From positions 742 through 64,741 of the forward strand of contig JAFYLD010000031.1 of assembly GCA_017537245.1 (NCBI GenBank): DNA of 64,000 bases. Reading direction: 5' to 3'. How positions within the stretch are numbered: position 1 is the stretch's first letter; the number at the start of each line of letters is the position of its first letter. Positions 35,919 through 46,803 of this stretch are shown one piece after another. The position numbers and the translations under genes were made by a program. The notes below the pieces were generated by a model. The model had not been told where the DNA came from, did no database searches, and saw only the letters and a list, made by a program, of their open reading frames with translations. This DNA is from Clostridia bacterium (GTDB lineage: Bacteria; Bacillota; Clostridia; Oscillospirales; Acutalibacteraceae).

Positions 35919-35946
35919 TGACTTTATATTAAATATATAATATAAT
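35918..35946 (+). promoter_or_regulatory. candidate nfnAB promoter
   Basis: TTGACT (35918-35923), 17 nt, TATAAT (35941-35946). Confidence 0.55.
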
Positions 35947-35977
35947 ATTAAAATCTTTTAGCATTGAAGGTTTTTGT

Positions 35978-36832
35978 ATGTATAAAATTATAACAAAAAA
36001 AGAATTAAATCCAACCGTAACCCAAATGGAAATTTACGCACCTCTAGTTGCCAATAAAGCGCAACCGGGTCAATTTATCATTTTGCGTGTTGACGAATCG
36101 GGCGAGCGTATTCCGCTAACCGTTGCAGGTGTCAATAAGACTGAAGGTACGGTTAAAATAATATTTCAAATCGTAGGCGCTACCACCTTTAAACTTAACC
36201 AAAAGGCCGAGGGCGAATTCATAGAGGACTTTGTAGGTCCTTTGGGCGAGCCAACCCACATTGCAGGACTTAAAAAAGTTTGCATTATTGGTGGCGGTGT
36301 TGGTTGCGCTATCGCTATGCCTGTAGCCGAGGCGCTACACAACGCAGGCGCTGACGTAACCAGTATTATCGGTTTTAGAAATAAAGACCTCGTAATACTA
36401 GAAAACGAGTTTAACGCTTGCTCTAATAGACTTTTTATAATGACCGACGACGGCTCTTATGGAACTCAAGGTAACGTATGTGCTCCACTTAACGAAATGC
36501 TAGCTAGTGGTGAGCATTTTGATATGATAATCACCATCGGACCACTCGTTATGATGAAATTTGTGGTTGAGGCTGCTCGTCCTTATAACGTGCCTGTTAC
36601 CGTATCTATGAATCCAATTATGATCGACGGCACAGGTATGTGTGGTGGTTGCCGACTCACCCTTAACGTAGACGGCAAAAAAGTTACTAAATTTGCTTGT
36701 GTTGACGGCCCTGACTTTAACGGCTATGAGGTCGATTTTGACGAGGCTATGTCAAGAGGTCGTATGTACTCTGACTTTGAGCGTCACGCTTATGAAAGCG
36801 CTTGCAACCTCTTTAAGAAAGGCGGTATGTGA
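35978..36832 (+). CDS. nfnA: ferredoxin-NADP(+) reductase-type FAD/[2Fe-2S] subunit (NfnA / PyrK-like)
   Basis: 284 aa. FAD/NAD-binding fold and a C-terminal Cys cluster (CGGCRL...C). Paired with a GltD-like subunit. Confidence 0.7.
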   Translation: MYKIITKKELNPTVTQMEIYAPLVANKAQPGQFIILRVDESGERIPLTVAGVNKTEGTVKIIFQIVGATTFKLNQKAEGEFIEDFVGPLGEPTHIAGLKKVCIIGGGVGCAIAMPVAEALHNAGADVTSIIGFRNKDLVILENEFNACSNRLFIMTDDGSYGTQGNVCAPLNEMLASGEHFDMIITIGPLVMMKFVVEAARPYNVPVTVSMNPIMIDGTGMCGGCRLTLNVDGKKVTKFACVDGPDFNGYEVDFDEAMSRGRMYSDFERHAYESACNLFKKGGM

Positions 36833-36834
36833 TA

Positions 36835-38244
36835 ATGGCTATTAATCCTAAAAAGCACGAAATGCCAAACCAAGAGCCGCTAGTTCGCGCGCGCAATTTT
36901 GACGAGGTAGCGCTAGGTTACAGCGAGGAAATCGCAATTGCCGAAGCTGAGCGTTGCATTACTTGTAAAAATCAGCCTTGCGTTAGCGGTTGCCCAGTAA
37001 ACATTGATATACCAAACTTTATTAGCAAGATAAAAGACGGCAAGTTCCAGGACGCGTATAACGTAATTTCTCTTTCGTCTTCCCTACCCGCAGTTTGCGG
37101 ACGTGTTTGCCCACAAGAAACACAGTGCGAAAGCAAATGTACGCTCGGCATTAAGTTTGAGCCTGTTGGTATTGGCAGACTTGAACGTTTTGTTGCCGAC
37201 TGGCATAATCAAAATTCAAAAGAGTTACCTCAAAAGGCTGAATCTAACGGCCACAAGGTAGCAATCGTAGGCTCTGGTCCATCAGGTCTTACTTGCGCCG
37301 GTGACCTTGCAAAAAGCGGCTATGACGTTACAGTTTTTGAAGCGCTTCATCTAGCGGGCGGCGTACTAGTTTACGGTATTCCTGAATTCCGTTTACCAAA
37401 GCCCATAGTTGCCAAAGAGGTAGATACTCTAAAATCACTTGGTGTAAAAATAGAAACAAACGTTGTTATTGGTAAAACACTTACTATTGACGAGTTGTTT
37501 GATATGGGATTTGAGTCGGTATTTATCGGCTCAGGCGCAGGACTACCAAACTTTATGGGAATCCCTGGTGAGAGCCTTAAGGGTGTTTACTCTGCTAACG
37601 AGTTCCTTACTCGTAGCAACCTTATGAAATCATATCTACAAACTCCTGAAACTCCTATTATGAAGGGTGGTAAGGTAGCGGTTGTAGGCGGCGGTAACGT
37701 TGCTATGGACGCAGCTCGTACTGCACTCAGACTTGGAGCCGACAAGGTTTACATAGTTTATCGTCGTTCTATGGACGAGCTCCCTGCACGTAAAGAAGAG
37801 GTAGAGCACGCTATTGAAGAAGGTATTGACTTTAAGCTACTTAATAACCCTGTTGAAATTTTGGGTTACAACAACCCCGATAATCCACGTGACGAGAAAA
37901 ACGGCTTTGTTACCGGTATGAAATGTATTAAGATGGAACTAGGCGAACCCGACGAAAGAGGTCGCCGCAGACCGGTTGAAATACCAAATTCTGAGTTTAC
38001 TCTTGACGTTGATACGGTAATCATTTCGATAGGTACTTCCCCTAACCCGCTTATCAAAAACACAACCGATAATCTAGAGGTTAACCGTTGGGGCGGTATA
38101 GTTGTTACCGAGGACGGACTTACCTCTCGTGAGGGTGTTTACGCAGGCGGTGATGCAGTAACAGGTGCCGCAACAGTAATCTCGGCAATGGGCGCTGGCA
38201 AAACAGCCGCAAAAGCAATTGACGAGTATTTAAAGAATAAATAA
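36835..38244 (+). CDS. nfnB: NADPH-dependent glutamate synthase small-chain homolog (NfnB)
   Basis: Two Fe-S Cys motifs (CITCKNQPCVSGCP; CGRVCPQETQCESKC). Dinucleotide folds VGSGPSGL and VVGGGNVAMD. Confidence 0.75.
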   Translation: MAINPKKHEMPNQEPLVRARNFDEVALGYSEEIAIAEAERCITCKNQPCVSGCPVNIDIPNFISKIKDGKFQDAYNVISLSSSLPAVCGRVCPQETQCESKCTLGIKFEPVGIGRLERFVADWHNQNSKELPQKAESNGHKVAIVGSGPSGLTCAGDLAKSGYDVTVFEALHLAGGVLVYGIPEFRLPKPIVAKEVDTLKSLGVKIETNVVIGKTLTIDELFDMGFESVFIGSGAGLPNFMGIPGESLKGVYSANEFLTRSNLMKSYLQTPETPIMKGGKVAVVGGGNVAMDAARTALRLGADKVYIVYRRSMDELPARKEEVEHAIEEGIDFKLLNNPVEILGYNNPDNPRDEKNGFVTGMKCIKMELGEPDERGRRRPVEIPNSEFTLDVDTVIISIGTSPNPLIKNTTDNLEVNRWGGIVVTEDGLTSREGVYAGGDAVTGAATVISAMGAGKTAAKAIDEYLKNK

Positions 38245-38246
38245 GT

Positions 38247-38278
38247 AAAAGGCTTGGGATTTATCCCAAGCCTTTTTA
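38247..38278. terminator. bidirectional terminator between nfnB and the GHL6-like gene
   Basis: 12-bp stem AAAGGCTTGGGA/TCCCAAGCCTTT flanked by A and T runs. Confidence 0.8.
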
Positions 38279-38283
38279 TATTA

Positions 38284-40254
38284 TCAATACTTAATTTCAG
38301 TCATCTGCCAACATTCAAATTTTGGAATGGTAAATTCAAGTGTGCCATCTTTGTATTTGAATTTTAGCTTTTTATTTTCGGGAACAAGTTTTACCGAGCG
38401 TGGTTTTTTGTCGGTCTTTAGTGATACGGTTGTATCATAAATTGGGATGAGGTCCTCAATAATTTGAGTCTTTTCGCCACGAAGAACAGCCGATGCATAA
38501 AGTGTGTGCACAATTTGTGTATCGCCGTTTTGGGTTAAGGTTATAACACCTTGAGCCGGCAAGTTGGTCTTTATGGTCTTAGCGTCGCCTATAAGCGCCT
38601 CAATTGCCGCACGAACGATTTCTTTGGTATAGATGCTACCATGCTTGAAATATTCGTAAAATACCTTGTGAGCAAAATAAGCAGTATTTTCGGTCATAAC
38701 TACCGCGTCACCATAACGCTCACCGCTATATGGTGTATGTAGGTGCGAGCAAAAATGCTCGAGAGCGCGGTTAAAGTATGGCTTATCAATAATAGCAGTA
38801 GCCTTGCCACTAGTAGCAGATACCTTCATAGCGTCTTCATATACTAGATATGATGCAGTTGGCAAGCAGTCGATATCGTTATCGGGTTTAATATAGGTTG
38901 GCTTGTATTCGCTTTCCCCCTCAAACTTACAACCAAAGTCGAGCGCAAAATCAGTTTTGTCTTGATTTAAACCTGACTCGTAACTTGCAAGCACCTTACC
39001 GCCTGCAGCGATATAATCGTTAATCTTTTTGGCAAGCGCATCATCAAGTGTGCAAATATCAGGCAAAATGAGTAGTTTGTAGTTTGAAAAATCTGCTTTT
39101 TCGTCAATAAAGTCAAAGAGATAGTTGCTCTCTAGCAATATACGTGTGCAACCCTTGCTCCAGTGTAGTGACTCCCAGCTTGGTTTAGCAATACCGTTGT
39201 AGTTTTGCCATGCTTCACTAGAGAATACTGCGATATCGCCCTTGACGTTCTTATAACCATCAAGCCAAGGCTCACGCTCTTCTACCGTCTTATAAGCTTC
39301 GCCAATAAGAGTATATGTAGCGTTATCCATAAAGCCTGTTGGATGCAACTGGTCGCCAATAGAACTGCAAGCGCCGTTTGCCGCAGAAAGAGCTACCTCA
39401 TAACGCAATGCGTTAGGGTGCTTGTAACCGCCAAACTCGCCCCACGCCTTATGGAATTTACCGGTCATACCAAGGTAGTCCATACCAATAGTGCGAGCAT
39501 AAGCCGCAGACATTGGGAAGTGGTCGTAACCCCAACCGCCTGTTGGCAAACTCTCGAGCTCAAGATGGGTATTGGCGTGAGCTAGGTCATATCTGCCGTG
39601 ACGAATGTGACCGCCGTTGTGGAATACAGGTAGTCCCGGTTTTACAGAATCGATAGTTTCGCGAACGCGACGAACGTAGTTTGCGTAGGTTTCTTCGGCC
39701 AAAATCTTTACGTCGTCAGGATTATTTACGTCTAGACCGCGCTCTGCCATTTGTTTGCGGCAGGTTTCACAATAACAAGGGTCAACGTGAACAATGTCTA
39801 GGAAAATGCCGTCGGCATCATAGTTTTCACAAACCTCTTTAATTTCGGCCAAAAGTTCGTCAAGATAAGGTGTGTTTAGGCACATTAGGTGATAGCCAAC
39901 GTACTCCATATTTATACCGTTTTGGTATTCGTCGAGTCGATAATTTAGCCACTCGGGATGCTCGGCAATAGCCTTGTGGTCAAAGCCTGCCGAAATATAA
40001 ACAGGGGTTTTAACACCAATTTCGTGAGCCGCCTCAATTTGAGCGCCCAAAAGGTCAAACTTTAGGTTTGGGTGCATCTTATTAACCTTTGTAGGATGAT
40101 AAGACCATCCGTGATGGCACTTTGAAAATACCGTTATAGAGTCAACGTGACCTTTTTTTAGCATAGTTTGGAAATTTTCTTTTGAAAACGCGCTACCTAT
40201 GCCGTCAATTGCTTCTGATGTGTGAAAGTCAAGATGTACCTGTCTTCTTCTCAT
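38284..40254 (-). CDS. putative glycoside hydrolase (GHL6-like TIM barrel plus beta-galactosidase-trimerisation-like domain)
   Basis: 656 aa. N-terminus RQVHLDFHTSE...ITVFSKCHHGW resembles the GHL6 family. No signal peptide. Assignment is from memory. Confidence 0.5.
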   Translation of the reverse strand: MRRRQVHLDFHTSEAIDGIGSAFSKENFQTMLKKGHVDSITVFSKCHHGWSYHPTKVNKMHPNLKFDLLGAQIEAAHEIGVKTPVYISAGFDHKAIAEHPEWLNYRLDEYQNGINMEYVGYHLMCLNTPYLDELLAEIKEVCENYDADGIFLDIVHVDPCYCETCRKQMAERGLDVNNPDDVKILAEETYANYVRRVRETIDSVKPGLPVFHNGGHIRHGRYDLAHANTHLELESLPTGGWGYDHFPMSAAYARTIGMDYLGMTGKFHKAWGEFGGYKHPNALRYEVALSAANGACSSIGDQLHPTGFMDNATYTLIGEAYKTVEEREPWLDGYKNVKGDIAVFSSEAWQNYNGIAKPSWESLHWSKGCTRILLESNYLFDFIDEKADFSNYKLLILPDICTLDDALAKKINDYIAAGGKVLASYESGLNQDKTDFALDFGCKFEGESEYKPTYIKPDNDIDCLPTASYLVYEDAMKVSATSGKATAIIDKPYFNRALEHFCSHLHTPYSGERYGDAVVMTENTAYFAHKVFYEYFKHGSIYTKEIVRAAIEALIGDAKTIKTNLPAQGVITLTQNGDTQIVHTLYASAVLRGEKTQIIEDLIPIYDTTVSLKTDKKPRSVKLVPENKKLKFKYKDGTLEFTIPKFECWQMTEIKY

Positions 40255-40303
40255 AACGCACCTCGTTATAAATAATTATTTGATTTTATTATATAATTTA
40301 TCT

Positions 40304-40341
40304 ATAAAAAAAACAAGCCGTATTTATTAAAAATACGGCTT
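40304..40341 (-). terminator. intrinsic terminator after the acyltransferase gene
   Basis: Stem AAGCCGTATTT/AAATACGGCTT followed by a long T-run on the minus strand. Confidence 0.8.
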
Positions 40342-40347
40342 TAAAAT

Positions 40348-41448
40348 TTAGTTTTTTTCGCGATAAATTTTTAACCAAAGTTTTTTAAGTAACGTTTCAA
40401 TTTTAAATGTTACAAATTCAATTCCCTTATTTACTCTTAAAAGATTAAACACAAAAATACGTATTCTTTCGACCAATAAGCAAACTATAAATATCGTTAA
40501 GGCGCATCCCGCTATTACAAAAGGTATTTGTTTAGACGGCAATTCTGCAATAAACAAAAAACGATTGGTTATACAACTGCTTCTTATTAAAGTATGTTCA
40601 TGTATTAAATACACACCAAATGCGGCCGGAGCAAAAAACTTTATAATAGCGCTAAAGAAACGATTTATTTTAAGTCTTGCAAATACAATAATATAGCACG
40701 CGGCCATAACTACGATTGTAGGACTTATATATGATACAAAATACTCTCTATAATCTTGCGCAAAAAACTTCATACCACAAGTAATCAACATACAAATCAA
40801 AATAGATAAAATGGCCGATATACTATTTACTTTTTGTGGAATTTCACACTTTTTAAGCCATGCTCCGACAAAATACATTATAACAATCCAAACAAAAGTA
40901 TAACCATTACCAAGCTTGAAAACGTCGGTATATTTTACGCGGCAATAGTTGCTATAACACGAAAAAATAATAACTATCAAAACCATAAAACGTGTCATGT
41001 CGTTTTTTGAGATATTACGCACAAATCTATTAAGCCAAGGAGTAACAAAGAACAAACCAGCATAGGCTGAAAAATACCAATATCGAGAAGTGCTAACAGG
41101 TAGCAACGTGTTTTTTATTATAGTTTCGTCTATAACTGTTTTACCTAGGCAAGACCACAATATTGTTATACCCAAACTATAAAATACCACCTGCGCCCAA
41201 ATAGAGGCAAATTTTGAATACTTGTACGGTTTTTCTTGGTCTGTGAAAGAAACGTAACCGCTTATCATTGCATAACAATTAACGGCGCAATATGCGGCAA
41301 TTTCAAATCCCCAAACTACGTCACTTTTTATACCCGTCGCTGTATTAAGTACGCCACCATGACCTAAAATATGTAGTGTTGTAACCATTAACATGGCAAC
41401 CAAGCGAAGTAGATCTACTCCATAATTTCGTTTTGAAGTTATCCCCAT
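40348..41448 (-). CDS. acyltransferase family 3 membrane protein (O-acyltransferase)
   Basis: 366 aa with about 10 TM segments. N-terminal NYGVDLLRLVAMLMV...HILGHGG is typical of Acyl_transf_3. Confidence 0.8.
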   Translation of the reverse strand: MGITSKRNYGVDLLRLVAMLMVTTLHILGHGGVLNTATGIKSDVVWGFEIAAYCAVNCYAMISGYVSFTDQEKPYKYSKFASIWAQVVFYSLGITILWSCLGKTVIDETIIKNTLLPVSTSRYWYFSAYAGLFFVTPWLNRFVRNISKNDMTRFMVLIVIIFSCYSNYCRVKYTDVFKLGNGYTFVWIVIMYFVGAWLKKCEIPQKVNSISAILSILICMLITCGMKFFAQDYREYFVSYISPTIVVMAACYIIVFARLKINRFFSAIIKFFAPAAFGVYLIHEHTLIRSSCITNRFLFIAELPSKQIPFVIAGCALTIFIVCLLVERIRIFVFNLLRVNKGIEFVTFKIETLLKKLWLKIYREKN

Positions 41449-41500
41449 TTAATAGTCCCCTTTTAAATTAATGCGCACCTTCATTATACTATTCTGTAAT

Positions 41501-41536
41501 AAAAAAACAACCCGTATTTTTTACAAAATACGGGTT
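41501..41536 (-). terminator. intrinsic terminator after argF
   Basis: Stem AACCCGTATTTT/AAAATACGGGTT followed by a T-run on the minus strand. Confidence 0.8.
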
Positions 41537-41558
41537 TCCTTTTAAAAATCTAGTTTAC

Positions 41559-42542
41559 TCAAACGATAGTTGCTGCAATAACAGCCTTAATTGTATGCAT
41601 TCTATTTTCGGCTTCGTCAAATACGATTGACTGCTCCGACTCAAATACATCTTCGGTAACTTCCATACAATCGATGCCAAATTTATCGTAAATTTCTTTA
41701 CCAATTTTGGTATCAAGATTATGGAACGCAGGAAGGCAATGCATAAAGCGGCACTGTGAACCCGCCTTATCCATAAGAGCCTTGTTTACCTGGTAAGGCA
41801 TAAGGTCGGTGATTCTCTCTTCCCAAACGCTGTCAGGCTCGCCCATAGATACCCAAACGTCAGTATAAATAACGTGAGCGTCCTTTACCGCGTCGGTGCT
41901 TTCGCTAAACTCGATAGTAGCGCCTGTTTCTTTTGCAATTTCGAGGCACTTATTTACAAGTTCGCTTTCAGGGAAATACTTTTTGTTGGTACAAGCCACA
42001 AAGTGCATACCCATTTTAGCGCAACCTACCATAAGCGAGTTACCCATATTATAACGAGCATCACCCATATAAACGAGCTTTTTACCCTTAAGATCGCCAA
42101 AATGCTCGCGAATGGTTAAAAAGTCGGCAAGAATTTGGGTTGGGTGGAATTCGTTTGTAAGACCATTCCAAACAGGAACACCTGCATATTTTGCAAGTTC
42201 TTCTACAATTTCTTGACCAAAACCGCGGTACTCGATACCGTCGTACATACGGCCGAGCACTCTTGCTGTGTCGGCAATGCTTTCTTTTTTGCCGATTTGT
42301 GAACCTGTTGGATCAAGGTAGGTTGGGTGCATACCAAGGTCTGCCGCCGCTACCTCAAAAGCGCAACGGGTACGTGTGCTGGTCTTTTCAAAAATGAGGG
42401 CGATATTTTTACCCTCAAAGTATTTGTGTGGTGTGCCGCATTTTTTCTTTTCTTTTAAATCTGCGGCAAGGTCTAATAGACCTGCTATTTCTTCGCTTGT
42501 AAAATCAAGCAGCTTTAAAAAACTTTTACCCTTTAGATCCAT
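41559..42542 (-). CDS. argF: ornithine carbamoyltransferase
   Basis: 327 aa. STRTRCAFE carbamoyl-phosphate motif, plus HPTQ and HCLPA motifs. Confidence 0.9.
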   Translation of the reverse strand: MDLKGKSFLKLLDFTSEEIAGLLDLAADLKEKKKCGTPHKYFEGKNIALIFEKTSTRTRCAFEVAAADLGMHPTYLDPTGSQIGKKESIADTARVLGRMYDGIEYRGFGQEIVEELAKYAGVPVWNGLTNEFHPTQILADFLTIREHFGDLKGKKLVYMGDARYNMGNSLMVGCAKMGMHFVACTNKKYFPESELVNKCLEIAKETGATIEFSESTDAVKDAHVIYTDVWVSMGEPDSVWEERITDLMPYQVNKALMDKAGSQCRFMHCLPAFHNLDTKIGKEIYDKFGIDCMEVTEDVFESEQSIVFDEAENRMHTIKAVIAATIV

Positions 42543-43705
42543 TATTTTGCAACCTCTTTAATTGTATCTATTGCTATTTTCAAGTCCTCAAAAGGAATGT
42601 TGAGCGCAGGAAGTAGTCGAACCTTATCTTTAGCGGTAAGGCACAAAACGCCCTTTTCGATAGCCGCTTTTACGACATCTGCTGCGGGTTTGGTGGTCTT
42701 GATACCAATCATAAGACCCATACCGCTAACGCTCTCGATACCCTCGGCGCCGTTTAACGCAGAGAATACATATTCGCTCTTTGAATTAACCTCGTCTAAA
42801 AACTCGTCGGTTAAGCGATTAATTACTGTTAGAGCACCGGCGCTACAAACTGGGTTGCCGCCATAGGTTGAACCATGGTCGCCAAAGCCTAAAACGCTTT
42901 CTACCCTTTCGCTCATCATAGCAGCGCCAATTGGCAAACCGCCACCGAGTCCCTTTGCGGTAGTAACAACGTCTGGGGTTATATCATAGTTCATATAACC
43001 ATAAATCTTACCTGTTCTGCCGTTACCGGTTTGAACCTCGTCAACAATGATAAGAAAATTGTGTTCTTTTGATAACTTTGCAATTTCTTTTACAAAATCC
43101 TTGTCAAGCGCTATAACGCCACCCTCGCCTTGAACACACTCGAACATAACTGCGGCAACGTTATTGTCGCTAACAGTCTTTTTAAGCGCGTCTATATCAT
43201 TAGCCGGTGTATGTATAAAGCCATCAGTAAGTGGTTTAAATAGTTTATGAAAATGGTCTTGTCCCGTTGCCGCAAGGGTTGTAAGCGTACGTCCGTGAAA
43301 ACTGTTTTGGAGCGTTACTATTGTATAGCAATCTTCGCCCTTGTTTTCTGCCGCCCATTTACGCGCAACCTTTATAGCGCACTCGTTTGCCTCGGCACCC
43401 GAATTTGCAAAAAAGACCTTTTTAAGACCTGTTTTTTCGCACAGTGCTTTTGCAAGATTAGCGCACGGCTCGGTATAATATAGGTTTGACATATGTTGAA
43501 GTGTTGCCGCTTGCTTTGCTACGGCACTTGCCCAAACGTCATCGGCAAGACCAAATGCCGTAACGCCAATGCCCGAACCCATATCTATATATTCTTTGCC
43601 ATTTATATCTACGACACGAGAGCCTTTACCACTTACGATTTCGATAGGAAAACGATTATAGGTATTGGCAACGTATTGTTTATCTAGTGATATTAAATCA
43701 TTCAT
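42542..43705 (-). CDS. argD: acetylornithine aminotransferase
   Basis: 387 aa. Class-III aminotransferase with DEVQTG and the [12 protein letters not shown]-lysine context. Confidence 0.9.
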   Translation of the reverse strand: MNDLISLDKQYVANTYNRFPIEIVSGKGSRVVDINGKEYIDMGSGIGVTAFGLADDVWASAVAKQAATLQHMSNLYYTEPCANLAKALCEKTGLKKVFFANSGAEANECAIKVARKWAAENKGEDCYTIVTLQNSFHGRTLTTLAATGQDHFHKLFKPLTDGFIHTPANDIDALKKTVSDNNVAAVMFECVQGEGGVIALDKDFVKEIAKLSKEHNFLIIVDEVQTGNGRTGKIYGYMNYDITPDVVTTAKGLGGGLPIGAAMMSERVESVLGFGDHGSTYGGNPVCSAGALTVINRLTDEFLDEVNSKSEYVFSALNGAEGIESVSGMGLMIGIKTTKPAADVVKAAIEKGVLCLTAKDKVRLLPALNIPFEDLKIAIDTIKEVAK

Positions 43706-43722
43706 TAGTGAAATACATCCTT

Positions 43723-44586
43723 TTAGTCATTATGAACCATTGTACCAGCACCCTCGTCGGTAAGAAGTTCCATAAGGATTGAATGTGGTACACGTCCGTC
43801 CATAATTACAACGTTTTTAACGCCTTTGTGAATAGCCTCGACACAGCAATCCACCTTTGGTATCATACCGCCTGAAATTACGCCCTCGGTTTTAAGATGC
43901 TCAATCTCGCTTAGTGTAAGGTCGGATATAAGTGTAGAAGCATCGTCTTTATCGCGCAAAATGCCATCAATATCGGTCATCATAATAAGACGCTGAGCGC
44001 CGAGCGCACCGGCAATATAAGCCGCCGCAGTATCGCCGTTAATATTATAGGCATTGCCTTTTTTGTCGCAACCAATGGTTGATATAACAGGAATATAACC
44101 TTTTTCAAGCAAATCGAGTACAGGTGTTATATGCACCTTGGTAACACGACCAACGTAACCTAATCTTTCGTCCTTTATCTCGGCTTCAATTAGTCTGCCG
44201 TCCATACCCGAAATACCCATAGCCTTGCCACCCTTCATTTCAAGAAGGTTTACAAGTGTTTTATTAACCTTGCCTGCAAGCACCATTTGAACAATATCAA
44301 CAGTTTCCTTATCGGTAACGCGAAGTCCGTCAACAAACTCTGGCTTTTTGCCGAGCTTGTCCATAAGGTCGTTAATTTCTGGGCCACCACCGTGAACCAA
44401 AACAACTTTTACGCCAATAAGCCACAAAAGAACGATATCTTCCATAACCTGTTGTTTAAGTTGCTCGTTTATCATAGCGTTGCCGCCATATTTTATAACA
44501 ACGATTTTGTTGGTATGTTTTTTAATATATGGAAGCGCTTGGGTAAGTACCTCGGCGCGCTGAGCATTTGAAAAATGGTTATCCAT
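43723..44586 (-). CDS. argB: acetylglutamate kinase
   Basis: 287 aa. VIKYGGNAM and VHGGGP amino-acid-kinase motifs. Confidence 0.9.
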   Translation of the reverse strand: MDNHFSNAQRAEVLTQALPYIKKHTNKIVVIKYGGNAMINEQLKQQVMEDIVLLWLIGVKVVLVHGGGPEINDLMDKLGKKPEFVDGLRVTDKETVDIVQMVLAGKVNKTLVNLLEMKGGKAMGISGMDGRLIEAEIKDERLGYVGRVTKVHITPVLDLLEKGYIPVISTIGCDKKGNAYNINGDTAAAYIAGALGAQRLIMMTDIDGILRDKDDASTLISDLTLSEIEHLKTEGVISGGMIPKVDCCVEAIHKGVKNVVIMDGRVPHSILMELLTDEGAGTMVHND

Positions 44587-44596
44587 AATATTCTCC

Positions 44597-45817
44597 TTAG
44601 GTTCTATAATCTCCGTTTATTTTAACGTAGTCATAAGTTAGGTCGCAACCCCACGCAGTTGAATTAAATTCGCCGTCATTTAGCTTAATATCAATAACGA
44701 TTTCTTTTTCGAGCAAGATTTCTTTTGCTTTTTCTTCGCTAAAATCAACACCTGCGCCATTTTGACACACAATGATTTCACCCTTGTTAGAAATAAAAGA
44801 AACGTCAATCTTTGTAACGTCAACGTCTGCGCCGCTATAACCAATTGCGCAAAGTACGCGTCCCCAGTTAGCGTCTGCACCAAACATTGCAGCCTTTAAA
44901 AGACTAGAACAAATTACACTCTTTGCAACAGTTTTTGCAGTATCAAGGGTTTTTGCGCCACTTACTTTGCACTCAAGCAATTTTGTAGCGCCCTCGCCGT
45001 CACCTGCAATAACACGGCAAAGATTAACTGTAACTGTGTTAAGCGCCTTCATAAAGGTATTAAAATCATCGCCATCAGCGGTAATCTCATCATTACCCGC
45101 CATACCGTTTGCAAGCACAGTTACCATATCGTTGGTTGACGTATCGCCATCAATGCTTAGCATATTAAATGTATTAGCAATATCGCCCGAAAGTGCCTTT
45201 TGTAACATGTCGGAAGAAATAGCCGCGTCGGTAGTGATAAACACAAGCATTGTAGCCATATTAGGATGAATCATACCGCTACCTTTAGCGATACCGCCCA
45301 TTTTACAAACCTTGCCGCCAATAGTAAACTCAACGGCAATTTGCTTATCGATAGTATCGGTTGTCATAATTGCCTCGGCCGCGTCTTGGCTACCACAGTA
45401 TGAAAGATTTTGAGCAAGTACGGGAATACCTGCCGCTATTGGAGTAATATCAAGTGGCTGACCGATAACACCGGTAGATGCAACCACAACGTCGTTTGCG
45501 CTAACACCTGTTGCTTTTTCAACAAGGTCGCTCATTTGCTCGGCAATTTCAATGCCGTTTGCGTTACAAGTGTTTGCGTTGCCGCTATTACAAATAACTG
45601 CTTGAGCCTTGCCGTTTGCAATGTGATTTTTTGTAACTGTAAGCGGAGCGCCTTTTACAAGATTTGTGGTATAAACCGCTGCCGCGTTACACAAGGTATC
45701 ACTTACAATAAGCGCTAAATCCTTTTTTGTTTTATTCTTTCTAATACCACAGTGCACGCCTGCCGCTTTAAAGCCGCTTGCCGCGCAAACACCGCCGTTT
45801 ATTAACTTAATATCCAT
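44597..45817 (-). CDS. argJ: bifunctional ornithine acetyltransferase / N-acetylglutamate synthase
   Basis: 406 aa. Autoproteolytic site context HPNMATMLVFITTDA. Confidence 0.9.
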   Translation of the reverse strand: MDIKLINGGVCAASGFKAAGVHCGIRKNKTKKDLALIVSDTLCNAAAVYTTNLVKGAPLTVTKNHIANGKAQAVICNSGNANTCNANGIEIAEQMSDLVEKATGVSANDVVVASTGVIGQPLDITPIAAGIPVLAQNLSYCGSQDAAEAIMTTDTIDKQIAVEFTIGGKVCKMGGIAKGSGMIHPNMATMLVFITTDAAISSDMLQKALSGDIANTFNMLSIDGDTSTNDMVTVLANGMAGNDEITADGDDFNTFMKALNTVTVNLCRVIAGDGEGATKLLECKVSGAKTLDTAKTVAKSVICSSLLKAAMFGADANWGRVLCAIGYSGADVDVTKIDVSFISNKGEIIVCQNGAGVDFSEEKAKEILLEKEIVIDIKLNDGEFNSTAWGCDLTYDYVKINGDYRT

Positions 45818-46741
45818 TTAATACACCAAACCTATTGTTTCATCTACACCCATAAGGATGTTCATATTTTGAATAGCTGCGCCCGATGCGCCCTTGCCCA
45901 GATTATCATAACGAGCAGTAAGAATAATTCTGTCCTCGTTACCAAACACAGCAAGTTGCATATCGTCTTTGCCAGAAAGCGCTGCCGCAGATAGAAATCC
46001 CGACTCGTCAGCATTTTCGTCAAAGTGAACCAGCGCGCTTTGATAGTAATTTTTATAAAGTGTTTTTATGTCGTTTATATTTGCCTTAATATCCTTTACA
46101 AATAGTGGCACTGTTACTTCCATGCCGCTATAAAAATCGGCTACTATCGGACAAAATGCAGGCAACGTATCAATGCCTGTAAGCACTTGCATTTCTTTCA
46201 AGTGCTTATGTTGTTGAGTAAGTCCATATTGACGAGGAGCTTTAAGTAGCGCAGATTTATTTGGGTCTTCGTAATCGGCAATCATCTTTTTACCGCCGCC
46301 TGAATAACCTGTTAAAGAAAAACAACTAAGCGCGGAATTAACGTCTAAAACGCCCGCTTCAATAAGAGGTTTTACAAGCGCGATAAATCCGCTTGCATGA
46401 CAACCAGGGTTTGCAATGCGCTTTGAAGCCGCTATTTGCTCGCGTTTGCCTGTAAGTTCAGCGAAGCCATACACCCACTCTGTATTTGTACGATGCGCGG
46501 TTGACGTGTCGATAATAGCAGTCTTGTCGTTATTTACAAAACTTACCGCTTGGCGAGCCGCATCGTCAGGCAAACATAAAAATACTATGTCTGCAGAGTT
46601 GATAGCATCTGCGCGAGCCGCGTCGTCTTTTCTTAACTCTTCAGGCAATTTTATTAGAGAAATATCTTCTCTAACACTTAGTCTATCATATATACGAAGG
46701 CCGGTTGTACCCGCACTTCCGTCAATAAATACCTTTGTCAT
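45818..46741 (-). CDS. argC: N-acetyl-gamma-glutamyl-phosphate reductase (short form)
   Basis: 307 aa. GSAGTTG NAD-binding fold and catalytic Cys in ANPGCHASG. The length matches the less common short ArgC type. Confidence 0.85.
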   Translation of the reverse strand: MTKVFIDGSAGTTGLRIYDRLSVREDISLIKLPEELRKDDAARADAINSADIVFLCLPDDAARQAVSFVNNDKTAIIDTSTAHRTNTEWVYGFAELTGKREQIAASKRIANPGCHASGFIALVKPLIEAGVLDVNSALSCFSLTGYSGGGKKMIADYEDPNKSALLKAPRQYGLTQQHKHLKEMQVLTGIDTLPAFCPIVADFYSGMEVTVPLFVKDIKANINDIKTLYKNYYQSALVHFDENADESGFLSAAALSGKDDMQLAVFGNEDRIILTARYDNLGKGASGAAIQNMNILMGVDETIGLVY

Positions 46742-46751
46742 AATCTTCTTT

Positions 46752-46789
46752 AAAAAACACTTAACTGCCCGACCGTAAAAGCCGGGCAG
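46752..46789 (-). terminator. hairpin/terminator between argG and argC
   Basis: Stem CTGCCCG/CGGGCAG with an 11-nt loop. A T-rich stretch begins 8 nt downstream on the minus strand. Confidence 0.5.
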
Positions 46790-46803
46790 AATTTATCCTT
46801 TTA

